Source of the DNA: Takakia lepidozioides
Lineage: Eukaryota > Plantae > Bryophyta
Direction: 5' to 3'
Assembly (NCBI GenBank): GCA_030704615.1
Contig: CM060734.1
Location: 23,808,001-23,872,000 of the forward strand
DNA length: 64,000 bases
How positions within the stretch are numbered: position 1 is the stretch's first letter; each line of letters opens with the position of its first letter. The notes under the pieces were generated by a model, which worked only from the letters and a program-made list of their open reading frames with translations, had not been told where the DNA came from and made no database searches. Made by a program: the position numbers and the translations under genes. Shown piece by piece: positions 1 to 12,035 of the stretch.

Positions 1-490
1 CTACAGCGGAGTGACTGAATTGAGCAGTCGAATATATTCTTCCCCATTCAAATAAAGAGCACCGCTCTTGAGCAACTCTTATCTAATGCAGACTTAAATT
101 ATGTGTGCCACCTCAAAGTTTCCTTCAAGCCTTGCCATGGGATTGAATCAGTCCTCCTTCCAAAACCTTCTCAGATCCCTCTACACCATGGCTTTGTTGT
201 TAATTTCATAGAGCCCTTCGACACGGACCTGACACTGACACTGACAAGAAGAGACTGCATCAATTGGGGCCTTTACTTGATGATCCGCGTTACCTTTGAA
301 TGACAGTTTAAAGAAGAATGAAAAGCCCTCATGGCAGAGCATGCACTATCTGAAAACGTTCGCTATATCTCTCGATTAAGTCCTGAATAAATGGGTTCAA
401 GTTCTAATATGTTGTTCTCCTTGCATGTAACTCAGAAAGAACTGTTGTCAGTAAATTCCAGAGCTACGATTGCCAAAAACCTGTAGTCGA

Positions 491-1978
491 TCAAGTCTCA
501 GAAGTCGGTGTTGAGAGAGGACACTGGCGAATGGACACAAGACAAAGCTTCTGCTTGAAGAGCTGCTGCTGAAGGATCTCTGACAGGATCAGAGGACTTG
601 TTGCTGGCCTCAAAGGCAAGGCTGCACAAGATTGAGAGGGATCACCCGCAACCGCAGTCATCCTTCTTTGCAGGCCTTCTTTGCAAAGCTCAGTATGTCC
701 CTTGGGCCGCAGATCGGACGCTGTAGGAAGTGAAGGGGTCACTCCCATATCGCCTAAAGACTCAAGGAGCTGCACCTGCAATTGAAGGAACTTGACGTAA
801 TCAATAGCCTCGTCCAACATGGTGGCAGTATCCATTTTGTTACCACCAGGAATGAGCTTCTCTAAAACTCTGACACGCTCACTGATCTTCTTCCTTCTAT
901 GCCGAGCTGCTACACTTTGTGGTTCAATGGAGGTTGGGGCGACCTTACGACTTGATTTTCCCTCTTCCGTGGTCTCCAATCTTTTTGGAGATGCTCCGGA
1001 AACAAGCTTGTGAACTGAAAGCTGGTCCTGAGAAGGGAGCTGGCGGCTTGGACTTTTGATCGCCTTCCACAATCCTGGTCTAGAAACAGGGGAAATTGAT
1101 AAATCAAGCTGTCGATTTTTGTTCGACGGCGCAAGAAAATCTTGTAGCTGTTGGTCAGCTGTAACTACATCAGGCCTGTGCACGTCCCCAACTCTATAGC
1201 AGCTCCTCTGCCTTTTTAATGAAGGGACGATGGTGCTTGTTGAGCACGCTGGCTGCATATCCAAGGAGTTTCCCTGCGTCGATATATGACCTGTGAGTAG
1301 AGCGGTGGCATCAGCTTCAGCTGCTGCAGAATCGTTCATCCAAGAACCATGAAATGGCACCAAAGTATCATGATGCAAGGTGTACAAAATTTCATAATGC
1401 ACACTGCAGCCTTGTGATCTGTCTGTAGCTGCTACTACGGCTGACGACTCCACAGTACGATCTGTAACATGAGTAAATTCAGGTGTCACTGTTCCCCAGC
1501 CGTTATTGGAGATGTTGTCACTATCAGAGGAATGGTCTTCCTGCACGCACTCGTCTGAGGTCGTGAGCAAACAAGGGATGGCCTGCGGCACAAAATTTGG
1601 AACAGGAAAACTGTAATGATCTTGAATGTGCGAGTAGAATTGCAGCCACTGGGGTAAGTCATTCATCCCAGGCACCAAATATGGATCTCCAGTGAAGGCG
1701 CCCATCATGTCAAGACCCAGGGCGTTGCAATTTCCTTGGATATGTTGTAAGCCCTGGTGGAAGCTGGTCATCTCGCTGTGCATGTCTGGATCAGCTTTGG
1801 CCCAGGTGTGCACCAGAGTAGGCTCCGTGGTGGACCACGACATAGCAGGAGACGGTCGATTTGCAAGCTGCTGGAACGGCCCCAACGTGTAGGAAACCGC
1901 ATTCAGCGCATTGTCTTCAACAATAAAGGGAACGTGGTGAAACGCCACGCCGTGGTCAGTATTCCTCTCATCCTCCAT
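491..1978 (-). CDS. BNB: bHLH transcription factor, subfamily VIIIa (BONOBO-like), intronless, 495 aa from the first ATG
   Basis: bHLH EPQSVAARHRRKKISERVRVLEKLIPGGNKMDTATMLDEAIDYVKFLQLQVQLLE, plus C-terminal LSEILQQQLFKQKLCLVS resembling the VIIIa C-terminal motif. The bHLH call is firm; the BNB orthology is inferred from motifs. Confidence 0.8.
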   Translation of the reverse strand: MEDERNTDHGVAFHHVPFIVEDNALNAVSYTLGPFQQLANRPSPAMSWSTTEPTLVHTWAKADPDMHSEMTSFHQGLQHIQGNCNALGLDMMGAFTGDPYLVPGMNDLPQWLQFYSHIQDHYSFPVPNFVPQAIPCLLTTSDECVQEDHSSDSDNISNNGWGTVTPEFTHVTDRTVESSAVVAATDRSQGCSVHYEILYTLHHDTLVPFHGSWMNDSAAAEADATALLTGHISTQGNSLDMQPACSTSTIVPSLKRQRSCYRVGDVHRPDVVTADQQLQDFLAPSNKNRQLDLSISPVSRPGLWKAIKSPSRQLPSQDQLSVHKLVSGASPKRLETTEEGKSSRKVAPTSIEPQSVAARHRRKKISERVRVLEKLIPGGNKMDTATMLDEAIDYVKFLQLQVQLLESLGDMGVTPSLPTASDLRPKGHTELCKEGLQRRMTAVAGDPSQSCAALPLRPATSPLILSEILQQQLFKQKLCLVSIRQCPLSTPTSET

Positions 1979-2375
1979 CGTCGATGTTTCCCAGCTCACC
2001 TCTCTAACCACAGAGACGATAACAAGGAAGAAGAAGACGAGCACACAGTGAATCTATGTATTGGAGTTAAAGTGCGAGAGTCGGTTAGCGCTTGAATGAG
2101 GCGGCATAGTAATCGCTGTACTCACAAGACCACGATTGTGTCCATATCAAGTCATCCCGGAAATGATGACGCTAATCAGAGTGTCTTATCAGCCATTAGT
2201 ACCCTCTCCCTGCTTCATTACTAACCCGTTAGTCAAGGATTAGTCAAATCCCATTTCTAACAAACACCTCTATATCTTTTTTACCTCTCTATCTCCATAT
2301 GAAGGTTTAGTAGGCTAGATCACTGGGTTAGTCTGTTGAATATGATAGCAAAAAAAGAGCTCCAGCCTCGAAAAG

Positions 2376-3308
2376 GGAAGATAATAGGAATAATGTAAGA
2401 ACTTACACGTGCAACCTTTGACAAGAGCATGTCAAATCTTCCCCACACTCTCTTGAGAGTGACATGGAACTGAAGGAGTGTCAACTCCAGTGGGGTTACA
2501 CCAGGTTACATGACGAGGTGTGTAACTCCACTCGGGGTTACACACAATGGAGTGTAACTACAGTCGATGTAACCCACACTTGGTCTCGAAATTGACTAAG
2601 TCCAAATGTGGCTAAGTATAAAATGGACCAACCAGAGTTACATGAGAAATCAGGGTTACAGAAGGTTACACCAAGTGGAGGGTTACATCGACGAGGGTTA
2701 AGTGCCAGAGCCTCCCGTCAAGAATTGAGGAAGATAATAGGATTAATGTAAGAACTTAATGCACACGTGCAACCTCTGACAGGATGGTACGCCGGTTTCT
2801 GGCATGTCAAATCTTCCCTACACTCTCACACTCTCTTGAGAGTGACATGGAACAAAGGAGTGTCAACTCCAGTGGGGTTTACACAATGAGGTGTGTAACT
2901 TCACTTGGGGTTACACACAATGGAGTGTAACTACAGTCGATGTAACCCACACTTGGTCTCGAAATTGACTAAGTCCAAATATGGCTAAGTATAAAATGGA
3001 CCAACCAGAGTTACATGAGAAATCAGGGATAGAGAGGGTTACAACAAGTGGAGGGTTACATCGACCGGGGTTACAGTGCCAAAGCCTCCCATCAAGAATT
3101 GAGCCTGGAACCTCACTGCCTCCATTGCTATCCACCACAGTGTGCAACCCATTCGGATTCTTAAGTATTTAATAGTGAAACCGAGGTAATAGGGGGTGGG
3201 GAGGATTTGACAGGGCCCGCCGGAGGAGCCCAGGTTGCCGGAATCCGGCGAGAGTACTGTCAGATCACACGCGTCCATTAAGTTCTTACATTATTCCTAT
3301 TATCTTGC
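2376..3308. mobile_element. Non-autonomous Mutator-like element (MITE) with an internal ~350-bp tandem duplication
   Basis: TIRs GGAAGATAATAGGAATAATGTAAGAACTTA / TAAGTTCTTACATTATTCCTATTATCTTGC. 9-bp TSD CTCGAAAAG at 2367-2375 and 3309-3317. Segment 2376-2728 is repeated from 2729. Confidence 0.8.
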
Positions 3309-3671
3309 CTCGAAAAGTGTGCCAAAGATCGCTTGCAAAAGGACGAGAAATGATGAAGCGTAACTAATTCGACAAGCCATGGAGGTGTTGGATCGCGCAA
3401 CCATAGATCCAGGGCTTACATGCGAGGTGACACTGTTCTAGATAAACAAATGACAAGTCTACAGCCCAAACCTCTACCTATCATTTCTCCATAGAGCATC
3501 CCCCTCGCCAGTAAGTACTCTGTGTACTGGTAGATTTCGATTTGCTTCGCCTCCCTCCTCTCATAACTTGTGCACCCTATCTCACTCCCTCTCTCTTCTA
3601 TAATGTGACCTTTGCAAGAAAATTCCTGTGTTGACCCCAAACCCTGGACCACACTATGTAACCTCCACCGT

Positions 3672-3716
3672 CTGGATTTGAACCCACCACCTCCTACTGA
3701 GTGCCCTAACCACTAA
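3672..3716 (-). other. tRNA-derived (SINE-head-like) fragment
   Basis: Minus strand reads TAGTGGTTAGGGCAC (A-box-like) ... GGTTCAAATCC (B-box). No full cloverleaf. Confidence 0.3.
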
Positions 3717-4971
3717 TGATTTCACAGTACTTTCGCGAGCTAAAATGGTGGTTACTAAAGGAGAGATCCCATAACTCGGTAGTAGGAATTGCTCTTCAAA
3801 TAGGGAAAATAAAACTCAAACCCTAAACCCAAAGCGTAGTAATAACGTTAGTTCGCTAGATCAGAACTGGCTTTACTTTTACTGTACAGCATGAGGCGAA
3901 TTAGTAGGTACCGAGCTAGGTAGGTCCTACCGTATCTTCATACGATCTCGTATACGTGGTGGACCTGCGTAGGATGACGTATGCGATCGGCCACGTGGAT
4001 ATACATTGAGTGGATACACGTGGCGAAGTTTCCGTATGATGAGTGTGCGTAAAGCAAGTACAATACAGTTATACGGTTGACAGTTGTGTGAAAAGCTGAC
4101 AGCCCGGATTAGGTCTGGTACCCGGATTCTGGACGCCTTGCATTCATCCATTCCTCATCCACATTCTAGGCACTTCCCTTGCAGAATGTGATTATTCATT
4201 CGTGGGTTCAATTCTTTCTCTGGCTGCTCGTACAGAGCCACCGCTGTGTGAAGGTTGGTTAGGTTTGGTTACTGGTTGGGTATTTTCCTTCTCGGAGCTG
4301 ATGAGCTGATGTTCAAAGATGAAACATTATCACATGCAGGCTATTGTAATCGGCACCCTTTTCCTCCTTCTATCAGGTCTTCAGTTCCTCCCGAATTTCT
4401 GCTCAAGATTCTATCCATTTAAGTTGCATGAGCAAGGTAGAGGTATTTGATTCACGCAGCCATAACCCCATGTAGATAACCTGCGTGGGAGGGATATCCA
4501 TCAAGTCGTCCATTCGTTGAATCTGTTTCGCCAGCACTTGTATCCGACAGATCAAGAGCAAACTCTGTAGCATTTCCGTCAGCAGAGTTGAACACAGACA
4601 TCACTGCTGCCCATTGCAACAAGTTTCAGTGTCCTCACGACCATGTACGCACTTGTGGGATCGAGGCAGGAGGTCGCCTGCTCCAAAAACTACAGAAGAC
4701 ATCTATGAACGATGTCAACTCCCATGCAGACATTGCACTCGCCTCCTGATAGTCTAGTGTGACCATCATGGGCAAATATATAACTGCATTTCCCAGCTTC
4801 TCAAGACCGAGCTGCCGAATCAGACCGCCTACTCTGGCTTACTATGACTCGAAGGTAGCAGCCCTTTCATATAAGCATTGAATAGAGCGGTGGATGGTGA
4901 GGGTTTAGTGCACACCCCTCCAAGTCCTTGGCGTTTGAACTTTCAAGGATGGAAAAACTTTGGGTAGATAG

Positions 4972-6000
4972 TGTTAAATTAGTAATGCAAGCATTAGTGT
5001 ACCATTGATTATTCAGCCCTCAAGTTTAATATCTTCACTAGATTCTGGGTAGCAGTAGATATGTGAGTTGGTTAGCAGTTAATCCACCACCATAGTTAGG
5101 TAGGATAGACTTCATTAGTTGGTAGTTAATTACTTCTGCAATTACTTTCGACAGCTCATGAGTCCTGATATAATTAAGGGCCTGAGGTTCACTCTGCAAC
5201 CATTCTTTCGATCCTCATGTAGACTGTACACTGCTCATTCTACATGGTATCAGAGCTCGGGGGGCAATAGAATCATAGTTTCTTTTAGGAACTGCTCCAC
5301 CATCGTTGGATGTCTTGTTGATTCGATTTTGTGATCCTGTGAGCTCTGCTCCAGAACTGTTTGTTTTAGTGCAAAATTCTTGTTCCAAAATTCTTTCCAC
5401 TCTAGAAACTTCTGAGGGCCTATAGATCTCACGCACCTCTCAATTCGTGTCTATGAAACGTCATCTTTCTTCCACTCACTACGTAGTAAAACTGATTTCT
5501 CTAGAGATCCCTCTTCCTCTCTCTTGCCATCGTCAGGCTGGCCGACGTGCGCCAACCTTTAATCTATAAAACTGTTTGTTTGTTTGTTTGTTTGTTTGTT
5601 TTTTTCTTTTTCTTTTTCTTTTTCTTTAGTTCTTTATTGATTTAACTATTTTCTTTTCTAACCTCCTTGAGCAGCCGTCATGGGCAATGGATCAGGATCA
5701 TCCCTCAGCAAGACAAGCTGACAAGGACAAATAACTTCTCAGTATGGAAGTTCAAGGTCACTAACTATCTGTTGAGGGAGGATATTCTTGAGCTTGTCCA
5801 GAAGAAGGTGGTCCTAGAAGCAGGTCAGGATAAGGAAGAGCTTAGAAAGAAGAAGCTTAGGGCCCGCTTAGGGCTCTTACCATTATAAATCTCTCTTAGA
5901 GACAAAGTCACCATTATATTGCTCATCTTACGGAGCCAAAGGTTGTGTGGGATGCTTTGGCCAAAATGTACAATGACAGGTCATCATTGAGGCAAATGGT
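4972..6000 (+). mobile_element. Ty1/copia relic: 5' LTR (~4972-5244), tRNA-iMet PBS, degraded gag
   Basis: TGTTA...TACA followed directly by TGGTATCAGAGC (5245-5256). Gag N-terminus KLTRTNNFSVWKFKVTNYLLREDIL and a later VVWDALAKMY segment. LTR start and 3' limit are approximate. Confidence 0.7.
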
Positions 6001-6639
6001 TGTGAGGAAGTCTGATCCCGGTCAACTTGGGCTGCCGCTTTGATGTGAAACAAACTGTTTTCTGGCCACATCCAGAGTGTTTTATAAGTCCCATGAGAGG
6101 AGACCAGTGTAGTTGCGGTACACAATTGATGTAACATAATCAAAACAGAACACAAGGACACAGGCCACAGATATGTGAAGTACATTTCAATGTCTTCAAG
6201 ATGGCCGAATCAGGTGGCTTCTAGAGGAATGCTGTTCTAAAGAATGAGGCGGTGACAAGGTTATTCACTGATTGGAACGGCATGGATTTTTGGACTTTGT
6301 GGCCTTTGAGGTGTCCATTGGGACATTGGTCTCATTTGGATTTTTGTAATGTGATTTACAGGGCTTGTATTCCCCTGTAGTTGACTACTCTCATTCTCCT
6401 TCTGGTTGATAGTATGTAGGAGGGATCCATTCTGTTTTCATGTTGGAATTTCATCATGTAATGAAGAATTTTAAATCATTTAATCTACTTTCATTTTAAA
6501 TAATAGTATTAAAAATAATACCATTTAATAAAGTTTTCCAAGGCTGCAATCCCATGTTTTTTTAAACATTAAATGAAAACTAAAAATTAAAATATAAACA
6601 TTATAAATATAAAATATTTCAAAAAACAATCTTGATGAC

Positions 6640-7354
6640 ACGTGGCATCACACCTGCTCGAACCAGAACACGTGGCAGTATATGACACGACATTCTTTAT
6701 CCATATTTTTACCACGTGTAAAGATAAGTAGTCATATATGCTAGTCATATATTTTGTCTGTGTGCCACATGTCACATCTCAAATGCAACAAGTGTCCCGT
6801 TAACAACTCTCAATGTAGACATCCTTGTAGTCATATGAGCGAGTCATGTAGTCACCACGTGTGACATCTGCCATAACACACGTGTCCCGCTGGCGCCTCT
6901 CCATGTATCATTGTGTAGACATGTAGTCATATGATCATGGCAGAAATCGTGACATGTCAAATTCGCAGTGGCGCACGTGTCCATCCGTCGCCTCTCCATG
7001 TAGGTATCACTTTGCAGACATATAGTCATATGATCTCCTGACGAATGCATGACGTGTCGCTTGCGCAGTGGCGCACGTGTCCCGCTGAAGCCTCTCCATG
7101 TAGGCAGCGCTCAACAGACAATGTAGTCATATAGTTAGTCATATATTAGTCATATAGTTGTGACTACATCATTCTCTGCAGCAGGACTCCAGGTGCCACG
7201 CAAGCAATCACGGCTATGACTTGCAGAACGCAGTCGTAAAGGATGGTCGTTATGACAGGGTTTTTTTCACTACAAAGTGATGTAGTCATGAACGCATATA
7301 AGACTGAAAAAATAGTCATATATGAAGTCATAAAAATGCTCATCTATTGTAGTG
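6640..7354. mobile_element. Right end of a CACTA/EnSpm-like element with subterminal repeats
   Basis: Ends ...CTATTGTAGTG at 7354. Dense GTCATA/TATGAC and CACGTGTC/GCCTCTCCATGTA repeats precede it. No matching left end found. Confidence 0.5.
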
Positions 7355-9314
7355 CAGTGAAGGTAAAATCCCAAAACACAGATGCAGGTTTGTAGTACTC
7401 CAAACCACACTGTTTATGATAAGTCCACCCAAACATGATGTCATCAGTAAGTAAGCTCAACTCTGTTTGACCTGAAGCAGCAAACGCTTCTTTGTTCATG
7501 TTCTTGGGGCTGATCCATTCCATGCTCCTGTTAGGGTATAGCATGTGTACAAAACCCAAAGGGGCAGGGGTTTTACATTTTTCTAGAATTCGTTTACCAT
7601 GTTCATGATAAGAGATTTGTCTTGTAACGGTCTCAACTCCAGATTTGTTACAATCGGGTTCTGCAAACCCTATAAGATAACAAAAATCAAGAAATGAATT
7701 GGTCAGACATGAAACTTACTCACATCTCGTCCCAAGAATCGAAGTTCCTTCGGCTGATCGGGAAAAAATCTGTAGATCTTGATTTGGTATGGTTGGAGGT
7801 AGTACTGGCTAGATCCACAGTGGCCCCAGATGTGCCAGTACTCCCAGAAGAGCATTTTGAGGCAGCCTTTGCAGCTTCTCAGGGATTTACTGCAGCATTT
7901 CCCCTTGCTCCCACGTCCTCCGGTGTTAAAGAATTGTCCTCTTCCAGATCTGCCGCCTCTGCTAAAATTGTTCATTCCTCGTCCCGGTGCACCTCTTCCC
8001 CTAGCCGATGTACGGTTTTGGGGTGAATTCCAGGTTTCATCCCTCGTTCTTTTGGAGATAACATGTATTTTTGGCAGGGAATCCGTGAAGGTTCCAAGTT
8101 TGAACAACCTTTCAATGTATCTTGCTCCTTTGACTTCTCCTAGCCTTTTGAGCAATTTGGCATTATGATCATTGGCAAATTCCACTGCAGCCTCCATCAT
8201 GTACTCCCTGGTCATTTGAAACGTGATCTGGGCCATGATGGCTCTTCTCATTGCCCTCATCAACCATACCATTAGACTGTAATATTTGATGTGTATTGAG
8301 GGGTAAGATCCATCTGGAAAAAATGTCCCGAGATGATTAAAGAGGTTCCAAATGATATGATCAAACCATGCCACACTGTCTGTACACCCTGACGATGCAT
8401 TGGGGTGACAATTGCATCTAAAATATGGTCTGTGCCAGTTGAACAACTGGCTTTTATGGTTTTTGGACCGAGTTGAGCCTGTAGGTAGGTGATTCTTGGT
8501 CCTAATTGTTATGTTGTCCCCCTTGTCACAAAGTTTGTAGTAAAAAATCTTAAGGGGCCATGCCACAGCAATGGCTTCTTTTTTTACCCTCTGTATGCTA
8601 TCCAATGCATCTTGCTCACATCGGCCCACATTCCAATAGAGACTGGAGCTAGGAGGTTGATATTTGACAAGGGATGCCACATCTGGTGTTCATTGGCTGC
8701 CATGTCTAGCTCCACAGCCCTAGGAGGTAACCATGGGACAAACGACAAAATACCAAGTGTGGCACATGCCGTGCGATCCTGTTCTACCTGTGACAATTCC
8801 ACATGTTCACAAAATTCCTGCACTGCCTCCTTCTCATCATCTGGGAGGATCATGTGTTCCAGGAAAGGATGAATGCTAACCAAGGGAATAAAATCAGTTT
8901 CAATCCTGTTAGGGATGATGGCAGCAGCACGTCTTGAGTTTATTCTTCCGGGTTAATCAGCCTTAGTGCGGCTTCAATGTCAGATCCTTTCTGCTCCCAA
9001 TCTGCCATGTCTTTGGCATCTTGTTCGAGCATGTTTAGCAGGTTCGCATGATACTCCTGCAACTTGTCGATATATTTTCTATTCATGTTTGCAATGAGAG
9101 CGATTTCCATCCAGTCTAGTAGTGCCAGAGTGTCCAAAAGCAATACAGGATTCTCACCGCTATCATTTGAATCCAGAACTTCACTGTCAAGAGACCGTAT
9201 CATCGCGTGCAGATCTTGGCGTGTAATATGTGCCAAAGTGGTCTGCACAGTAGGAATTGGTGGAGGAAGCGGTAACTTGTACCCCAAGCTTTTCAGCTCG
9301 CTGCTCCATTCCAC
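7355..9314 (-). pseudogene. Unrecognised spliced, frameshifted coding region with an RGG-rich tract and PAPLGFVHMLYP motif
   Basis: ORFs 8940-9314, 8584-8883 and 7703-8680. An in-phase GTAAGT...TTATAG intron (~7670-7719) joins them to the exon containing 7344-7559. Truncated at the CACTA end. Confidence 0.45.
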
Positions 9315-9929
9315 GACTTTTTTGTTTCCATTCTGTACCCATCCTGAAGATTCAAGATATAAATGAGAGACAGAAATTAAACACAGTATTGGTCATGAGA
9401 TATAGTGTATACGGGCACCACACCGTATATTGGGCAAGGAAGAGAGGGTAATTGGACTTGTCTTGTCAGGACGAAACAAGAAAATACCAGTGTTGGGCGG
9501 TTACCCGCCTGGGCCCCGGGTAACCGCCGGTTCCGGTTCCGGTTATGTGGAACCGGACCGGAACCGGACCCGCCTGTGCAGAACCGGAACCGAAAATTGG
9601 GGATTGTGTGGGAACCGGAACCGGCGGTTCCAGCTACGACCACATGTGTGGGAACCGGGGTTTGGGGACTCTAAAGCGGTTCCGGTTCCGGTTCCACCCA
9701 TGGGCTGTAGCCCTAAGTGTCTCTACAACTCATCCAGCTCGCTCTCTCTCGCATACATCTTGCTCGCTACTCCAGTCCAGGTAAGGTTCGTGTTCCGTGT
9801 CTCCATCTCCTACTTTATTTGTTTGATTTCTCTCTCGCTCTCATTTCATCTCCATCTCCATTCTCTTTCCCTCTTAGGTTGATCGATTTAATGTGTTGTT
9901 TGTTTCTTTTCTTCTCAGTTTATCGCACA

Positions 9930-11760
9930 AGAGGGGGCTGATCTCTCTTCTGCTGCTGTGGCAGGTGGTGGACACAAAGGGAGGGAGTGTGAGCAGGAGG
10001 GCCCCGCCAACCAGCCGTCGCTTGTTGTTGGTGAGCATCCACCATGTTCTTGTTTTTTTTTAATTTTTTGGTTCAGCGGAGCTAATGGGCCCCATGCTCT
10101 TGTATTGTGGTAAGTGGCGCATTGGAGGGAGGAAGTGTCAGCAGGAGGGCCCGCGCAACCAGCCCCGTCGTCAACCAGCCCCTTGTTGGTAAGCATCCAC
10201 CACTTTTGGTTATTTTACTGTTTTTAGCTTTAGTTCACCATGAAGCTAATCAACCTCCTCCTTTTCTGCTATGGCATGTGGTGCAGGAGGTAGGGAGGAC
10301 GAGTAAGGAGGGCCCCACCTGCAACCAGCCCCCTTGGTCCATGGTAATCATTGATCATCATTTTTTTTCTTTTTTTTTCTTTTTTTTTCATGTTTTCTTT
10401 GATGATATACCAAGGGGCTGATAGCCCCTTGCTCCACTATGGTAGATTTTACATTGGAGGGAGCACAAGCAAGGAGGGCCCCGCCAACCAGCCCACATTA
10501 CCCACTGGTAAGTATCTTCCCTTTCTTTAAATTTTTTTAATTCTTGATACAATTGGGGGTTGATAAGATAGCCCCTTTGGCTTCTGTTATGGCAGATTCT
10601 GCATGAGAGGGAGGGAGCCCAAAGCAGGGAGGGACCTGCCAACCAGCCCCCATTACCCGCTTGTAACTCCCTTTCATTGAGCTTTATTTTTTTAGTTGTT
10701 TAAATTTTTGTTAAAAGAGGGGCTGATTAGCCCATTGCTCTCGTGCTATGGCTGATCGTGCATGGGAGGGAAAGGAGGGCAAGTAAGAAGGCTGGCCAAC
10801 CAACCCCTCTTGCACCGCACATATAAGCATCCCCCTTCATTTTTTTTGCCCATAAAATTGGTATAGCAAGGGCTGATTAGCCGTTGCTAATGCAGATCAC
10901 ACACAATAAGGTCGTCCAGTGCAAATAAAAAAGCACGTCAACCAGCCCCTCTCATCTTGTAGTAAGCCCCCACCCTTTAGCTTAGTTTTTTAATGTTATT
11001 CTTTCCAATGTGTGGTACAACAAAAGGCTGATTCGCCCTTCCTCATAGTGATATGTTGCACTCGGGAAGGGAGCAGAAATAGGAGGCCTCTTGACCCGCC
11101 AACCAGCCCCCATTACCCGCGTGTACTTCCCCTTCATTGTTCTTTATTTTCTTAATTATTTTAAGTTTGTGATATAAGAGGAGCTGATTAGCCCCTTGCT
11201 CTTTTGCTATTGTAGATCGTGCATAGGAGGGAAAGAGGGCAAGTAGGGAGGCCTGCCAACCAGCCCCCGTTCCACCACACATGTAAGCATGCCCCTAATT
11301 CAATGTTGCATATTTTTTTTTTCCCAGGAAATTGGCATAGCGAGGGGCTGATCAGCCCCCTACTCTGTTGCTATGTAGATCACACACAAGAAGGAGGAGT
11401 GCGAGTTTAGAGCCCGCTAACCAGCCCCCTCATCCTATGGTAAGCCCCCATAGCTTAGTTTTTTATTTTATTTTTTCCAATGTGTGGTACAACAGAGGGA
11501 TAATTTGCTCCTCCTCTCATAGTGAAAGTTTGAACTCGGAAAGGGGAGCACAAATATCAAGAAGGCTTGACAGCCAGCCCCTATCTCTTGTGGACAATCA
11601 CCCCACTTTAAAGCTTCATAATTTTTAGTTATAACTCTTCATGTTGTGGTACAACAAGGACTGATTTATTTATATGTGGTGGGGGCATTGCAGATCATTT
11701 CCCAAGGCATGAAGTAGCCAAGCTGACCACTGAAGCATAAGACTGGTCCACCCCCAACTT
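9930..11760 (+). repeat. ~150-bp degenerate tandem repeat (~12 units) in the hAT leader
   Basis: Recurrent GCCAACCAGCCCC, a T-rich tract and GGGGCTGATTAGCCCC in each unit. Confidence 0.8.
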
Positions 11761-12035
11761 GCTAGGTAGTTTTTGTAATTTGAAAATGTAAATGTACATA
11801 TACTAGATAAAAAAAATAACGTAGATCTAAATGTAGGCCATGTATGTAACATTCAGCTCAATATGAAATAATAAATTGAGCAGTGCGGTGTCTCTCCCCA
11901 CACTTTCGTTTTGGCCAGCCATATACCATTCCAAACTTTTGTAAATATATGAGTTGTGCACAATTATTAAATGTCTTTTAGATTATTTGTTTGCATTGTT
12001 TTTACACAGGAGTTGTTCCACGAGCTTTTTATGTC

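Noticed and set aside
3672-3716. Functional tRNA gene
   Set aside because: No acceptor stem or complete anticodon arm.
5477-5500. CACTAC as the left end of the CACTA element
   Set aside because: Does not match the right TIR beyond 6 bp and lies in the copia leader.
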